Of a stretch of DNA of 64,000 nt, positions 44,943 through 58,723 are shown one piece after another (the stretch's first letter is position 1; each line of letters starts with the position of its first letter). The notes beneath the pieces were generated by a model. The model was not told the origin of the DNA. It saw only the letters and a program-made list of their open reading frames with translations, and did no database searches. A program made the position numbers and the translations under genes. This stretch comes from Rhizophagus irregularis (Eukaryota), in assembly GCF_026210795.1 (NCBI RefSeq), contig NC_089431.1:4712001-4776000 (forward strand). Reading direction: 5' to 3'.

Positions 44943-46159
44943 AGAGGTGGTTAATGCCATAAAACAATTAGGCAAGGTACATAGAATTAGAATCAAAAAA
45001 CATTATAAATACCAATCAGTAAGAGCAGACATATCATTATTGGAAGATTATGAGACATCCTTCTTAAATGGAGCGTGGAAGGAGAAAGTTCTAATAGGAA
45101 GCAACGAAAAAAATAAAAAAGTCATCAACATTCGTTGGTTCAAAGGAGATAGGACTGTTAAAGATATAAAAGAAAAATGCAAATGGAAAGCTTACAAAGT
45201 AATCTGTACGAACTACTACCAAGATATAGCGAGAAAAAATTATACTTTTGAGTATGGAAAAATTGCTCGCTTTGGAAACAAAACAGTTTTCCTGGGATGA
45301 AGATCAATTGAACAATGCAATCGCTCTGGATGGCGGAATCACAGATAAAGCCTGGATTATTCGCGAAAAGCGTCAAGATGGTGCGCCGAAGAAGTCCACA
45401 AAAGAGGTTCTTCCGAGGGCGCTAATTAGCACGATCCCGAATAACAAAAAAGAAGAGTTGATTATGACAACCGTGACGTCACCAATAATTATCAAAGATA
45501 TAACTACAGAAGAGGTAGTCGATACCGTTAATAAATATAGGAAAAACCTGTTGAGTGAAAAACAATTTGAAACGATATCGCCTCCAATAAAAGATTATAC
45601 TTCCTCAGATAACGTGGTTAAAGTGATTGAGGAGTATAGAGAAGAGATAATGGTTGAATACGATAAAGTGGCGTTACCAGTTAAAGCTAATGAGGCAGAC
45701 GACAAGATAAGAGTCTACGATGAAAATCACCCAATTAGTAAAGCTAGGATTGCTTTATTCGAAAAACGCGTTGGCGACAAAAAGGGGAAGAAGTCAGAGC
45801 GTTCCACAAATGGAGAAAAAACTGTGTCTCTGATAGAAATACATGAATACAACAAAGTTAACGCTGATTGTACTAAACGATTACCATCACAAAATCAAAA
45901 GTATCCATTTACTTTTTCAAACCGTAACCCATTTATAATAGGTCCAGGTAATGGTTTTTCATCATCGTCGGACGATGAAGAACATATAAAAGAAGTCAAG
46001 AAGTGTATAAAGAAAAAACAGGGAACGCGAAGTGACACGGAATACGAAGAGACTGGAGAAGGCTTTAGAGAAGTTAAAAAAGAAAAAAAACCCTGGGCCG
46101 GGAAACCTGGAAGCAGGATGGGCCGTAAAAAGAAGAAAAAGGGTCAAAACAAAAAATAG
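44943..46159 (+). pseudogene. 3' part of the retroposon ORF, frameshift near 45250
   Basis: VVNAIKQLGKVHRIRIKK... (RRM-like strands), then a Lys-rich tail ending ~250 bp before the poly(A). Confidence 0.7.
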
Positions 46160-47950
46160 TTTAGGTTTTTTTTAGTGTAGAATAACGAGATATACCCATG
46201 TATGTAGATAGTTTGTAGATAGGTTGGTGTAGGGGTAAAAGGTGTTGATCGGGGACGGTAGTGGCCTTGACATGGAGAGAGCGAGTAGTTTTAGACTGCT
46301 CAATTTCAATGGGTATATTGAGGTTATTTTACTGCCTATATTTGTACTAGTGCGCGAAATACCTAACATAGGCCCTCTTTAATCAATAAATATGCGTTTG
46401 TCATTGTAAAAAAAAAAAAAAGAATTCCCTTTTTACGTTTAACCAATAAAATTATATCACGTGATATTTGTATCGAAGTCTTTTTTATAAAATATTTATA
46501 TATGAACGAAATGATTTCTCAAGCCAGAAGTCATTCCATTTACGAACTTTTGACTATATTAATATTATTTAACATGGTATTTTTTTGTGATACGACAAAA
46601 AGTTTTATTCTTAAAAAAATAAAAATCCGTATGGTTAAAGCAAATTTGATATGAGAAGACATGACAATAACATATGATTTGATAAAATTTATAGAAAATG
46701 TTTATGTAGACTTTATAGTTTATAAACAGAAATAGTAAATGAAAATTTAATAGTTAATGAAAATTCAGCATGATCAAAAGTGTTAGAATGGTAAAACTTT
46801 TTTTCACTGATAAGATTGATATTTGATTCTTTTTTCATAAAATCCTTTTCTATAGTAACAATTACTAGTAACAATTATCTAGAAAATTGATTCAATGTTA
46901 TTCAGTAGTTTTCCATCGACTGATGAAGGTTAAAGACAAATTTATAGTTTGAGTGAATAAGTATTATTGTACTTTTTATGACAACGTGTTAATTTTATTT
47001 AACTTTAGCAGAGGTTTAGTAAAAAATAAATAATTTTGTTATTATTTATTCTTGATTTCTCTGATCTTAAAATATAATGATTAATATTTTCTTTATTCAT
47101 AAAAGAGAATATAAACCCTATTAGTAATTCCAAATTCATAACAGATGAAGTTTCTTTCTTAGTTGCGAATCCATTACATGATCCACATATAATTTATTTT
47201 ATTATACAAATTGTAATAATTTTTTAGTAATAAATTTTGGCTATTTGCAATTCCAGGTTATTATCACTTTAAAAAAGAACGTTCAAATTTTCATATTATT
47301 TTCCAGGCATTATCGGTTATTGTTTTGTACTAAAACATTATAATTGTTATTGTCACTCTCCTTTCATCAAATACAATATGAATGGAGAATGACCACAACG
47401 AAATTTGATAAGAATTTTAACAAACTATTACGGGCTGTCTGAGAAAGAAATATCTATGTTTATAATGATATCGCATAATAAGGATGTTAGCTTGCCACCT
47501 TTTAAAGTAGAGCAGTCATTAACTATTATAAGTAATGATGTGATGTTAGTAATCATAAACATTATATAAAAATTCACTTCACTTCACGGACATAATTAAA
47601 TAAAATAGCACTATAAGAAAAAACTTTATTCAATTTATAAAAAAAAAATTTATATGGACTTGAAAAAAAGACCACTAAGTATCAAGTGTATTAAATAAAT
47701 AATTTGTTAATGCTTTAATATATGAATAGTCAAAAGTTTAAAGTATTTGAGGTTTGTATATTAATAAAGTTACAGGTAGCTAGATATGACTTGGTAGGAT
47801 AACTATATATCATTAATTACTAATAAATTGTAATGATGACAACAATAGCAAAATTATCACAAATAAATAATCTTATTTGTCATAAATTATGATTAAGATG
47901 TTTAAATGCAGGTGCCAAGAATTAGAATATGATTTAAATTGGTTAAGAAC

Positions 47951-48164
47951 TAGTGATGGCAACGGTTATGATCATAACCCATTTAACCGACCATTTGACC
48001 AACCATTTAACATTTTACTGACCATTTTTAACCATTTGACCGACCATTTAACCAATTATTTAAGTAAAATGGTATAACTGACCGTTTAACCGACCGTTTA
48101 ACCAATTTTTAACTGACCCGTTTAACTTGCTATAACCGATTATAACCGACCATTGCCATCCCTA
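47951..48164. mobile_element. Older hAT-type MITE
   Basis: TIR TAG(T/G)GATGGCAA; imperfect 8-bp TSD TTAAGAAC/TTACGGAC; TTTAACCGA repeats. Confidence 0.7.
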
Positions 48165-48856
48165 TTACGGACTCATACTACATTTTAAAGATAAAAAATA
48201 AAAATAAATAAAGAATATAAATTCTGTAGTCTTTAAACTAATAATAAAATATTATAATACACTTCTTAATTAATAATTTACATAACTGATAAATTTTACA
48301 AGAACTATTCCATACATTAATATTCGGTAAAAGGATATTATCAAGACTCCATAAAAATAAAATGTATTGTATCTAAAAAATTATTCTTACCATTATTAAT
48401 TTTTTGCAAGATCATTTAAATATATTTTAATATTTTAATAAGTTTTTATTTTATTAAGGAAATAATGTTATAAGACAAGACTTAAGGAATGAAATTAAAA
48501 GAGAAAATATGAAAAATGGTTAAAAGAAATAAAAAATGAAAAAATTAAGGACAAAAAGGGTTTATATTTAAGTTAGTAACAGTTATGTTGCTTAATAATG
48601 AATGTTATTAGGTGATTTATAAAATTATTGCAATTTTATTAGGTGATTTTTTTATTACCAGTTGTCCTTGCAATTGGTACTAATATTACCGTATTAGTAG
48701 TAAGTTTTATTTGCTCTTATTTTTATTTATATTAATAAATATGAAATAAGTATGCCTTTATTTTAGGAAAAATTTTGTAAGTTAGTATTTTTTATTTCTT
48801 TTTTATTATATTAGAATAATTGATTCAAATTTACAATATTTTTTTTATTAAGCTTT

Positions 48857-50184
48857 TTACAAAAAGATGAATGTTCTCCTGAATTTTGTCACATCATTAA
48901 TTTCTTTTCTTTTATCTTGTTCCATTTCATTAATTCCTTCTCTCAAATTTTGTTCCATTTTATTAATTCCTTTTTTAAATTTTGTTCCATTTCTTGTTTT
49001 GCTTCACTTAAATTTTGTTCTATTTCATTAATTCCTTCACTTAAATTTTGTTCCATTTTATTAATTCCTTCTCTCAAATTTTGTTCCATTTTATTAATTT
49101 CTACTCTCAAATTTTGCTCCATTTCTTGTTTTACTTCACTTAAATTTTGTTCCATTTCATCAATTTCTTCACTTAAATTTTGTTCAATTTCATTAATTAC
49201 TTCACTTAAATTTTCTTCCATTTCATTAATTCCTTCTCTCAAATTTTGTTCCATTTCATTAATTCCTTCTCTCAAATTTTGTTCCATTTCATTAATTCCT
49301 TTTTTAAACTTTTGTTCCATTTTGCGTTTTACTCCGCTAAAATTTTGTTCTATTTCATTAATTCCTTCACCTAAATTTTGTCCTATTTCTTGTTTCACAT
49401 CACTAATTTCATCACTAATTACTTTTCCCCAATTTACAATGCTAGCCCTTTGGATCTCTAAATTTAGTTCCAATTTATTAATTCCTTCTCTTAAATTTTG
49501 TTCCATTTTATTAATTCCTTCTCTCAAATTTTGTTCCATTTCATTAATTCCTACTCTCAAATTTTGCTTCATTTCTTGTTTTACTTCACTTAAATTTGGT
49601 TCCATTTCATTAATTACTTCACTTAAATTTTGTTCCTTTTCATTAATTTCTTCACTTAAATTTTGTTCCATTTCATTAATTCCTTCACTTAAATTTTCTT
49701 CCATTTCATTAATTCCTTCTCTCAAATTTTGTTCCATTTCATTAATTCCTTTTTTAAACTTTTGTTCCATTTTGTGTTTTACTCCGCTTAAATTTTGTTC
49801 TATTTCATTAATTCCTTCACCTAAATTTTGTCCTATTTCTTGTTTCACATCACTAATTTCATCACTAATTACTTTTCCCCAATTTACAATGCTAGCCCTT
49901 TGGATCTCTAAATTTTGTTCCAATTCATTAATTCCTTTTCTTAAATTTTGTTCCAAATCATTAACTTTTTTTCTTAAATTTTTTAGATTATTAGAAGGTT
50001 GGAATGTTGAATATTTTCTGAAACCAGGAAATTGTAAATTCACCAACATAAGTTTTTTTCTTGAATTTCCTAGATTACCAAGAGGTTGGAATGGTTGGAA
50101 TGTTGAATATTTTCTGAAATCAGAAGGTTTAAATGTTGAATGTTTTTTGATATCATATTTAATTAATCGTATATATCTAAACAT
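48857..50184 (-). CDS. 11-aa-repeat coiled-coil protein; apparent 1-nt frameshift near 48975
   Basis: INEMEQNL(S/R)EG repeats (33 nt) with a 450-bp higher-order period (49441 vs 49891); repeats continue in a shifted frame to a stop at 48857-48859. Confidence 0.7.
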
Positions 50185-51721
50185 TTTGTTAAACAGAATA
50201 GAGTAAATTGTATAGTAAATCTGTGACTGTATATTGTAAGTGCACATATATATATATGTATATTTATGTGTAAGATTATCAATAATGTAAAATAAGTCAA
50301 AATTATAATTAACAAATTAATTATCAACGCATAATGACAATCGTCATATCATAATATATACATTCGATTAATTATTCAGAATTATTCAGTACCAGTATAA
50401 GAAAAAATGTTAATAAGCTTTGAGATTATTAATTTAGTAAGAGATTCAATTATTTTATTATTTAATTTCATCGCACGTTTTTAAACAACTTTTTATATAC
50501 AATTAAACAGAGAAAGTTTGTGGAAAACAACTAAAAACATGATATGAAACAAATATTTTTAATTTTTTTAAAAAATTTAGTAATATGTTAGAGTTTATAA
50601 AGTAATAAATATAATCGCGTTTAATTATATGTAATTTCTAATTTCTCAAAAGCTCGTTTTCACTATAGTAGTTCGCTTTATTCTTGAGCTGAACTTAATC
50701 TAAACCGTTGATCAAATTTAATATTCTTCAATTTAACTGGAAACAAAATAACATTTAAATAATTAGCTATCCATTTTTTAAGTACTAACCGCAATGATAA
50801 GCTTTTTACATTCCAAGTTGAGAATTTCATATCCCTTTTTATTTGCCTTTCCTCAATCTTTTTTCATTTTAGAGTTTATCGTCCATTAACTGATTTTTAA
50901 ATGTCTGAATTTCTCTGAAGCCATTCTATTAATTTTAATCATTTTGTAAATAAAATAAATTATATCTTTAAAAAAATTTGAGTCATATAATTTAATAATA
51001 AAAAGTGAGTAACGAATAAAATGTAATTCAAAATCAGGATTCTATCCATCATCAATATAATATTAGAATACAATGTTCTTTTGTTTAGAAATTTTTAAAT
51101 GATTTTTCTTTAATTTCTTTTTTCAGTTCGGTTTTCCTAAAACTGAAAATATTTCTTTTAATTTTAAATAAATTTTTTTTTTCCTTCATAATCTATACTA
51201 TTATTTTTATATAATTTTTTTCATTTAATTTTATATACTATATTTCTATCATTGCTATATAAAAACATTATTAATTATTCTTTTTTTTAAAAAAATCAGT
51301 AATTGGATCGATGTTGCAGCATTATGGTAAGCATCATTTTTCAATCCTCATTTCAATAATAATTTTTTTCCATATCTATTTTATTTCTAATATTTTTTTC
51401 ATTCTTTCACCTTTAGATTTGGAACAGTGATTGGATAGATGCTGTGGTGCTATACTTGTAATAAGTGCTTCCGATTTTCATTTTAATTTCGTTCTTTTAC
51501 CTTTTAGGTTTGGATCAAAGTCAGTGCTATCTAAAGTTTTTTTTTTAAATTAAAGTTTTTTTTATAATAAATAAAATAAATTTATTAATTTTAAATATTA
51601 CAAATAAAAGTAATAAATAAATAACTTTATTTTCCTGAAACATTTATTCAGTAAAAAATGATTAATAAATTATAAACAAGACAAAATATATAAAAGCTAG
51701 AAAAATTATTTTTGGTTTTTA

Positions 51722-51845
51722 CTGGGGTGATCATCACCGCTGGCCAGAATTATCAATTTTTACCGGCACTAAATTTTTTTAATGCTGGTCGATTGTCATA
51801 ATTTCAGTCACCGGTGATGATCACCCCCGGTGATAGTTAGAAAAA
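51722..51845. mobile_element. Second copy of the 2271-2390 element
   Basis: Near-identical sequence including TGATAGTTAGAAAA. Confidence 0.6.
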
Positions 51846-51899
51846 TTCTTTTATTAAATTAGTATAAAAACAATAAAATAACCAAATGGAATAAATAAT

Positions 51900-52018
51900 T
51901 TTTCGGCGAAATGTCCATTCGGCAAAACGTCCATTTGGAGAAATATCCCTTCAGTGAAATATCCCTTCGACGAAGTGGAATTCGGTGAAATGGACTTCGG
52001 TGAAAAGTCCGGATACTC
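51900..52018. repeat. Tandem ~15-16-bp TTCGGCGAAATGTCC repeats, probable DNA-transposon end fragment
   Basis: About seven degenerate units ending in GGATACTC; no partner end found. Confidence 0.5.
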
Positions 52019-53423
52019 TTTTTTTGGTTTAACTAGATTTAAATAATACAAATAATATCAATATAACATCACTTAGTCTAGTTAATAAAATCTATGCAAA
52101 GTAAAATTTGTATTTTGATAAAAAAAAAAATCCCTTGATCTTGGTATAATTGATGATCATTTTTAGCTTAACTTCTGATGAAAAAAAAATCTAACTTCTG
52201 ATTTCTGTTTTTAATAATTTTTTAAAATGCCAGAAACACTATAAAACCAACCGTCGTGGGAGAATCATTAGGCTGTAATGAACTGATTAACTTACTAACT
52301 GACTGAATGAACAGAATAAATGCAATAAAATATGTCTTCAAGTAATTTAATTACACAATTATTACAAGTTAAACCTATCCATAAAAGTTCGATTGAGAAA
52401 CGCTAACTCAACATTGGTAATGTTGACAAAAACACATATCAATATTAAGAGATATTTAAACTAAACATATATTATTATGCTGGAGTGGACGGATTTTTTT
52501 TTTTGTCGTTAGTTTAATTTAAATTTGAAATATTTAAACGTAACTCCGTGAATTTCTTTAAAACGCAACTATATAATCTGCAAAAAAAATCATCTGATTT
52601 AAATTCCAATCATTAATGATGGACGATGGACCGTAATTATTCCGATAATGTATAACATAAACCGTAAAAAGATAAAGTTTAAGTTTGCGTGCAACTGTCA
52701 AAAAATCATGTAAAATTATAATAATTCCGGCCTGAAAAAAATACGTACAGAACTACAGATAATAGTAATATATTTTTGGCTGACTCTGACTTTTTTAATA
52801 TGATCAATAAATTAAATCTTACATTTTAACAATTGTTTAATACGGTATGAGGAAATTTTTTAAATCTATTACGTGATCCACAAAGAATTAATTTTATTTT
52901 GTTTGAATTGTAATAATTTTTTGCTAACTCACACTACTTACAATTCCAGATTATAATCATAAAAAAAAATTTTTTAATTTTTATATTTTATACTAAAACA
53001 ATTATAATTTCTCGGGAATTTAAAATTTTTATACGAATGATTCACGTGATGTTTAGCCAATAAATACGTGAAATTAAACGTGATCGATTTTAAATTTTTC
53101 AATCACTAACTATTAATTAGAAACTATGTCAGCAATCATAAATTATTATGAATACGGTGAGTAAATACACCTCACGGACATAAAATAACAAAAACTTTGT
53201 TTAATTAATAAAATAATTATATTTAATTTGTAGGTGATAAAAAATACCAAGTATCAAGTGTATCAATTAAGGAAAATGAAATATATATTACAAGATCTAT
53301 AAAAATACTTATTTATTCGAACTGGGAGTTTTGTCATTGACTATTTTCTGTGCTTCTTTACATGCTTCATATAAAATTCTTTCAAATAAATCATTAAAAA
53401 ATGCCGCTGGCACACTTTTACTT

Positions 53424-54233
53424 TTACTCGCTCCAGTAACTGCTATACCCATAGTATATATCTAAAGCAAGACCAGCAGTCCCATCTATAAGTCGTTCTT
53501 TTGCGTTATTTGGCTTCTCTAACGCATAATAAACACCAGAAGAAATTAGTTGATATACTGAACCAACAATTGGGACGATGCTAACAACTTTTGATACATT
53601 TCTCTCGGTCATTTGTGTTGAACTGAGAACCTCTAGTTTAATACTTTTGTATCTTAATTCTAACAATTTGTTTTCTAAACGTTGCAAACTTTGCGCTCTT
53701 TTGTTTCTATATATGTAAGCGATAATGTCAACTTCATCTTCATCAGTAAAGGGAAAATCAACCGAAATAATTGGATATTTTCCTAAATCCTCACTAATTG
53801 TTTCTAAATTTTTCTCAATCCATTCCGGTTTACTATTAGTTATGATAATAACAATATTTTTTTCTGCCCATTCAAAGATCTCTTTAAACAACTTGAACAT
53901 TTTTTTATCATCATCGGTAATTTTAACCTTCTTTTGAACGTAAAATATATGATTGAGAGTTACTTTACATTTCGAAAAATAATCTCTTATTTTGTTAACA
54001 GCATTCTTATGTGAAACGAGGTGAGATAGTGGTTCACCTAATCCGACTATATCAAATACTTGATATTTTTCCGTACATCTTGTGTGTATATTTAAAGTTT
54101 CTCTTCTCGCACCGTCACTAATTGTAAACGCATTATTATTTTGATAAATATCACCTTGAATAAGCATGTTAGCAATAGAGGATTTTCCATATCCGGTACG
54201 TCCGAAAAGAAGTATACCTTGTTGTTCAATCAT
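53424..54233 (-). CDS. AIG1/septin-like P-loop GTPase
   Basis: GRTGYGKSS (G1), ET (G2), FDIVG (G3), IIIT (G4 region), hydrophobic C-terminal segment. Confidence 0.85.
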   Translation of the reverse strand: MIEQQGILLFGRTGYGKSSIANMLIQGDIYQNNNAFTISDGARRETLNIHTRCTEKYQVFDIVGLGEPLSHLVSHKNAVNKIRDYFSKCKVTLNHIFYVQKKVKITDDDKKMFKLFKEIFEWAEKNIVIIITNSKPEWIEKNLETISEDLGKYPIISVDFPFTDEDEVDIIAYIYRNKRAQSLQRLENKLLELRYKSIKLEVLSSTQMTERNVSKVVSIVPIVGSVYQLISSGVYYALEKPNNAKERLIDGTAGLALDIYYGYSSYWSE

Positions 54234-55690
54234 TCTATTAAATTAGAAGAGAAATATAAGACAAGAAACATAAGGATTCGATTTTCAGGTTAGATTTATT
54301 TCAATTTAATCGATTCGTGTAACAATTAATTTCTCGTACGTGTGAAAATTTTATTTTATAAATCAATCGATTGTTACGCAACTTACGCAACCTCGATCGT
54401 CATTTATTTATTTATTAATTTTATGTAAACAAATAAATTCAATTTTTGTAATATCAATATTCTTATTAAAGAAAATTTACCCCGGTTTTTATTGGTCCTT
54501 TTTGACTCGATGTTGTACGACTAATTAATTGGTCACGGCCGGCCGCAGTAATTGATCAAGTATTATTAATAAGAATATTTTCAACAAGATGAACTAATTT
54601 TAGTTTATATTGGGAAAATAATAATTATAATATACCCAGAGATCAATATCATCAAGCAGTAAACATTCGCAGATGAATATTGGGAAACTTTAGATATTTA
54701 GAAAAGTATTTTATATTTTTTGTTTATCGTGCCGGTTATCGCTTTAATTTTTAGTATCTGCTGGTGTAGAATGATAGTAATATGCCATCATTTCTTTAGT
54801 TTTCCTCCAGTCATATTTTTTTTTTGCGCTGGAACGACCTTGCCTTTTAAAGCACTTGGTCATCTTTAATTGTTTGTACAAGTAAAAACAATCACACATG
54901 TATACATGTTTTTCCCGCACATAAGCTCAAATCGTCAAACTGACGGAGCATTTTACGATATGATGCATGGATTTGTTTGGATGAATAACTTGGATCTACT
55001 GGCTTTAGTTATAACTTTTTTTTTCAGTCCTTTAATTATAATGGGCATCCTTTTGATGTAAAGTATATGTTTAAAATTTGGTTAGGCGAAAGTAAATATC
55101 GGTAAAATTATAATAATACAATACACTGCGCATAGTTTTTTCTTGTATATGTTGTTTATTAAAAACTATATTTCAAATATTTTAAATATAATAAATTATT
55201 TATTTATTTATTTTTAAGTAAAAAAAAGTAGTTATTAATTACACGTGATCATGATACGATGCGATTTGATTGGACAGTGACTGAAGTTTTTCAAAATCCA
55301 AATATATATCGGGAAAAAAATTAGATTATAGACCATTATTCTAAACATAAATTTTTCGACATAATTAGTGATGAGAAAAAAATTATAATATTCAAAAAAA
55401 TTTATCATTTGAGCCGTAAATGCATAATTAATAATTTTTAAAATCCAAACATATTCATTTAAGAATAAGATCTGAAACGTATTTTAACGATAAAAAAATG
55501 TGTTAAAAATAATATTTGACTTATTAATATAACTACATGAGACGACTTTAAATAAATTTTTTTTAAAAAAAAATTTCCGCAGTAGATCGACAGTATCGAT
55601 TATGGATTAAATTTGGATTAGAATAGTTTCCGAAAAAAACCAAGTTTCGTATTATAAAATTTTAAATGAATAAATTTTGGACTCTTTTCT

Positions 55691-55809
55691 AGTTACGGCC
55701 ATACACAGTGAAAAGCACCGGAACCCGTCCGATCTCCGAAGTTAAGCCACTGATGGCCCAGTCAGTACTACGGTTGGGGACAACGTGGGAATACTGGGTG
55801 CTGTAACTC
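55691..55809 (+). rRNA. 5S rRNA
   Basis: AGTTACGGCCATAC...CCCGTCCGATCT...GTTAAGC...AGTACTA...GGGAATAC...GCTGTAACT; complementary ends; followed by a T-run Pol III terminator. Confidence 0.95.
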
Positions 55810-56385
55810 TTTTTTTCTTTACGAAACACCGAAAAATTTTTAGACTTTAGGAAGAATCTAAGTTGAAAGTAACAAATTGATTTATAAACCACGAATTAAG
55901 ACGTTCGGATGGGCAATATCAGAAAAATTTTTTCGATATAGAAAATTTTTTATCTACTTTATATCTATTTAATGATAATTTATCAAACTGTAACGCAATC
56001 ACAAATAATTGTGACAAAGTATACGACTTTTATTTAATAATAAATTCGTCAAAAAAAAAAAATTATGAAAGTATTTCCGTAAAGTAGTTTTTAATATACA
56101 GACAGTATTTTTTTCTTCACTAGTTTCATTGAATTACAGTTACCTGGTTGCATAATTTTTAAAAGCAATTCTTAAAATTACATCGATTATTAAAATTTAT
56201 AAAATTTATAAAAATTTTGAAACTTCAATAATATGGACGCGCTAAAGTGTGATCTAAAATAATAAAAGAAAATTTAATTTCAAAATATTAACGTCACTTC
56301 GCTACAAAAAAGTCTCTGAAACCTTAAATGTTAATTTAAAAATAAGAAACACCCTTTTACTTCCCAACCCGCTAATAATATATAA

Positions 56386-56572
56386 CGTGGGCGTCGCCTA
56401 GAAGTAGTGCAATACTAGGGACACCCATGGGAAGAGTATTGGCAAGCCAAGGGACTCTTCCCCAAATGCAAAAATTCGTTAATATCGAAGTTACACAGTG
56501 TGCAACGTTTCAGATATTAGACTGAAAAGAACAGATACTACACTTGATCTTAGCCAATAGGCAAGAGAGGAT
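56386..56572 (-). ncRNA. U2: U2 snRNA (variant copy)
   Basis: Reverse complement of TGGCTAAGATCAAGTGTAGTATCTGTTCTT, Sm site AATTTTTG, loop IV ATTGCACTAC. Confidence 0.95.
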
Positions 56573-57137
56573 AAGGACCAAAATCTTGGCGCGTTACGAT
56601 GTCATTTTATATAGAAATTCGAAAAAACGAGAATTATGGGATATCAATGATTTGTGCAACATAACCGACAAAAATTTTCATTCACGTGATCTTATAAAAA
56701 TATTTGTCCCATATACACCGTATTACGCCCACTTATTTAAAATTACAAAATTCAATTTGTCACCATTAGCCGTAACTCCGCCAAAAGTCACGTGCTATTA
56801 CGTAATAACGAATTAAATCTTTTTCCGCAGCAGGCGCAGCAAATTTAACATGTAGCTAGCGTTAGCCACATTTTTTTTTAAAGAAGCAAATATGACTAAG
56901 GATTAATAATCAACTTAATTTTATCGAATAAATCATCGAATTATTATAATAAATAGTTAGTCAACATAGGCGCAGCAATGTCGAATTAGTAAGCGGCTAA
57001 GCGCTGCGGTTAGGTTCTGCGGCAAATGACAAAAATTATGAACGTACAATTTTTACAATCATTTGAAATCCCATAATTCTCACTTTTTTGAATTTTAATA
57101 TAAAAAGGCATCGTAATGCCCCAAGCTTTTGGTCCTT

Positions 57138-57324
57138 ATCCTCTCTTGCCTATTGGCTAAGATCAAGTGTAGTATCTGTTCTTTTCAGTCTAATATCTGA
57201 AACGTTGCACACTGTGTAACTTCGATATTAACGAATTTTTGCACTTGGGAAAGAGTCCCTTGGCTTGCCAATACTCTTTCCATGAGTGTCCCTAGTATTG
57301 CACTACTTCTAGGCGACGCTCACA
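57138..57324 (+). ncRNA. U2: U2 snRNA
   Basis: GGCTAAGATCAAGTGTAGTATCTGTTCTT branch-recognition region, Sm site, stems III and IV. Confidence 0.96.
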
Positions 57325-57532
57325 TTTTAAAATTACTAGCGGGTTGGGAAGTGTTGAGTGATTTTTTATTTCTCAAAGAAAATATATTTTTTGAAATTAC
57401 TGGTGATCGCCAATAACGTGATTTAAATTTCTGATCAAAAGCTCGTAATTGTATTACGCCCACTTATTTGAAATTGCAAAATTTAATTTGTCACCATTAG
57501 CCGTAATGCCTGTTACTTCGCGTAATAATGTA

Positions 57533-58723
57533 CAGTACGGTTCGCGAAAAAAATAATCGGAATTTAAACAGAATTACAAAAGTGTAAGAATAAAAAACTA
57601 GTGATTAGAATTTCTTCAAATTTTGTGAATTTGTTGTCAAATATATAAACCTTATGTATATTAATTTCAGCCTTCTATCTTGCTTGGTTATCTCTCAATC
57701 GATTTTTTTAATTTGATAAAGTCAAAATTTAAACTGTAAAAAATATATAAATTTCATAAAGCATTCAAAATTGCAGTTTATTAAAACTTAAATAATTGTG
57801 ATTTGAGTTTATGCCATGTTAATTTTATTAAAAAAATTTGACTTTATTATTCATTAGTTATTGAGAAAATTGATTCATCATGATGATCGCAATCTGACCT
57901 TTACCCTTAATTTTCATTAAAAGAACTAAAATTCAAGAACATAAAATAAAATAAATATAAAGTTATTATAAATATTTAATGTTTAGATGTTTAGATTAAT
58001 AATTTTCAAAATATACAAATAAAAATTGTTTTAATTAAAAATCATTATAAAAAAACGTTTTTAATCCAAATATTTGAATGTGGTTAAATTTATCTAAGTT
58101 TTAATGATTTTCGAGGATTTTTGAGTCAATTTTAACACAGTTACAATTTGTATAGCTCGATCGGATCATATCACAATTCAAGATTGGATCGAAAAAAAAG
58201 TAACCAATCAGATCAAAGTTGCAATTGAGTACAATTTTTCCCATAATTTTATTATATAAGCATTTTTTCCCGTTATACCTTTTTTTTTTGAATTATTTTT
58301 TATTTAATTTTTTTTGTTATCACACTTTTTTTTTGCTTTTTTTTGCTTTTTTGACTTTTTTTGATTATAACGGTTTTTTTGATAACCGTTATTATTTTTT
58401 TAAAAAAAATAGTTTTATTTATTTATTTATTTATTTTTGTAATATAATAAAAAAATTCAGTAACGTTTAGATTATAATTTTTTATTATGGATATACGCAG
58501 TTCTGAGCACAATATTAAAATCTTTCATTTCTTAAATTTTTAACGATTTTTTTTTTCAAATTAAAAAATTGATTGAGAAATAACTAAGCAAGACAAAAGG
58601 CTGAGATTTAATATACACAATATTTACATATTTAACAACTAACTTGCAAAATTTGAAGAAATTCTAATCACTGGTTTTTTATTTTTTGCTCCTTTTGTAA
58701 TTCCGTTTACTTTTTTCGCAAAC
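57533..58723. mobile_element. Non-autonomous Tc1/mariner-like element with long diverged TIRs in the U2 spacer
   Basis: Starts TA|CAGT; ~170-bp imperfect inverted repeats (57540-57715 vs 58555-58720); the spacer at ~63185-63210 lacks it. Confidence 0.65.

Larger units (their letters stand above)
15905..46421 (+). mobile_element. Poly(A)-tailed non-LTR retroposon/retrocopy, ~2.15 kb once nested insertions are removed; no RT
   Basis: 17-bp TSD GAATTCCCTTTTTACGT at 15888-15904 and 46422-46438; AATAAA at 46385-46390; A14 tail at 46408-46421. Confidence 0.88.

Noticed and set aside
48917..50206. 429-aa plus-strand ORF (SLKFCSISLIP repeats)
   Set aside because: Antisense shadow of the 33-nt coiled-coil repeat on the minus strand.
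55689..56816. ORFs 55689-55892 and 56544-56816
   Set aside because: They overlap the 5S rRNA and a U2 gene or its promoter; spurious.
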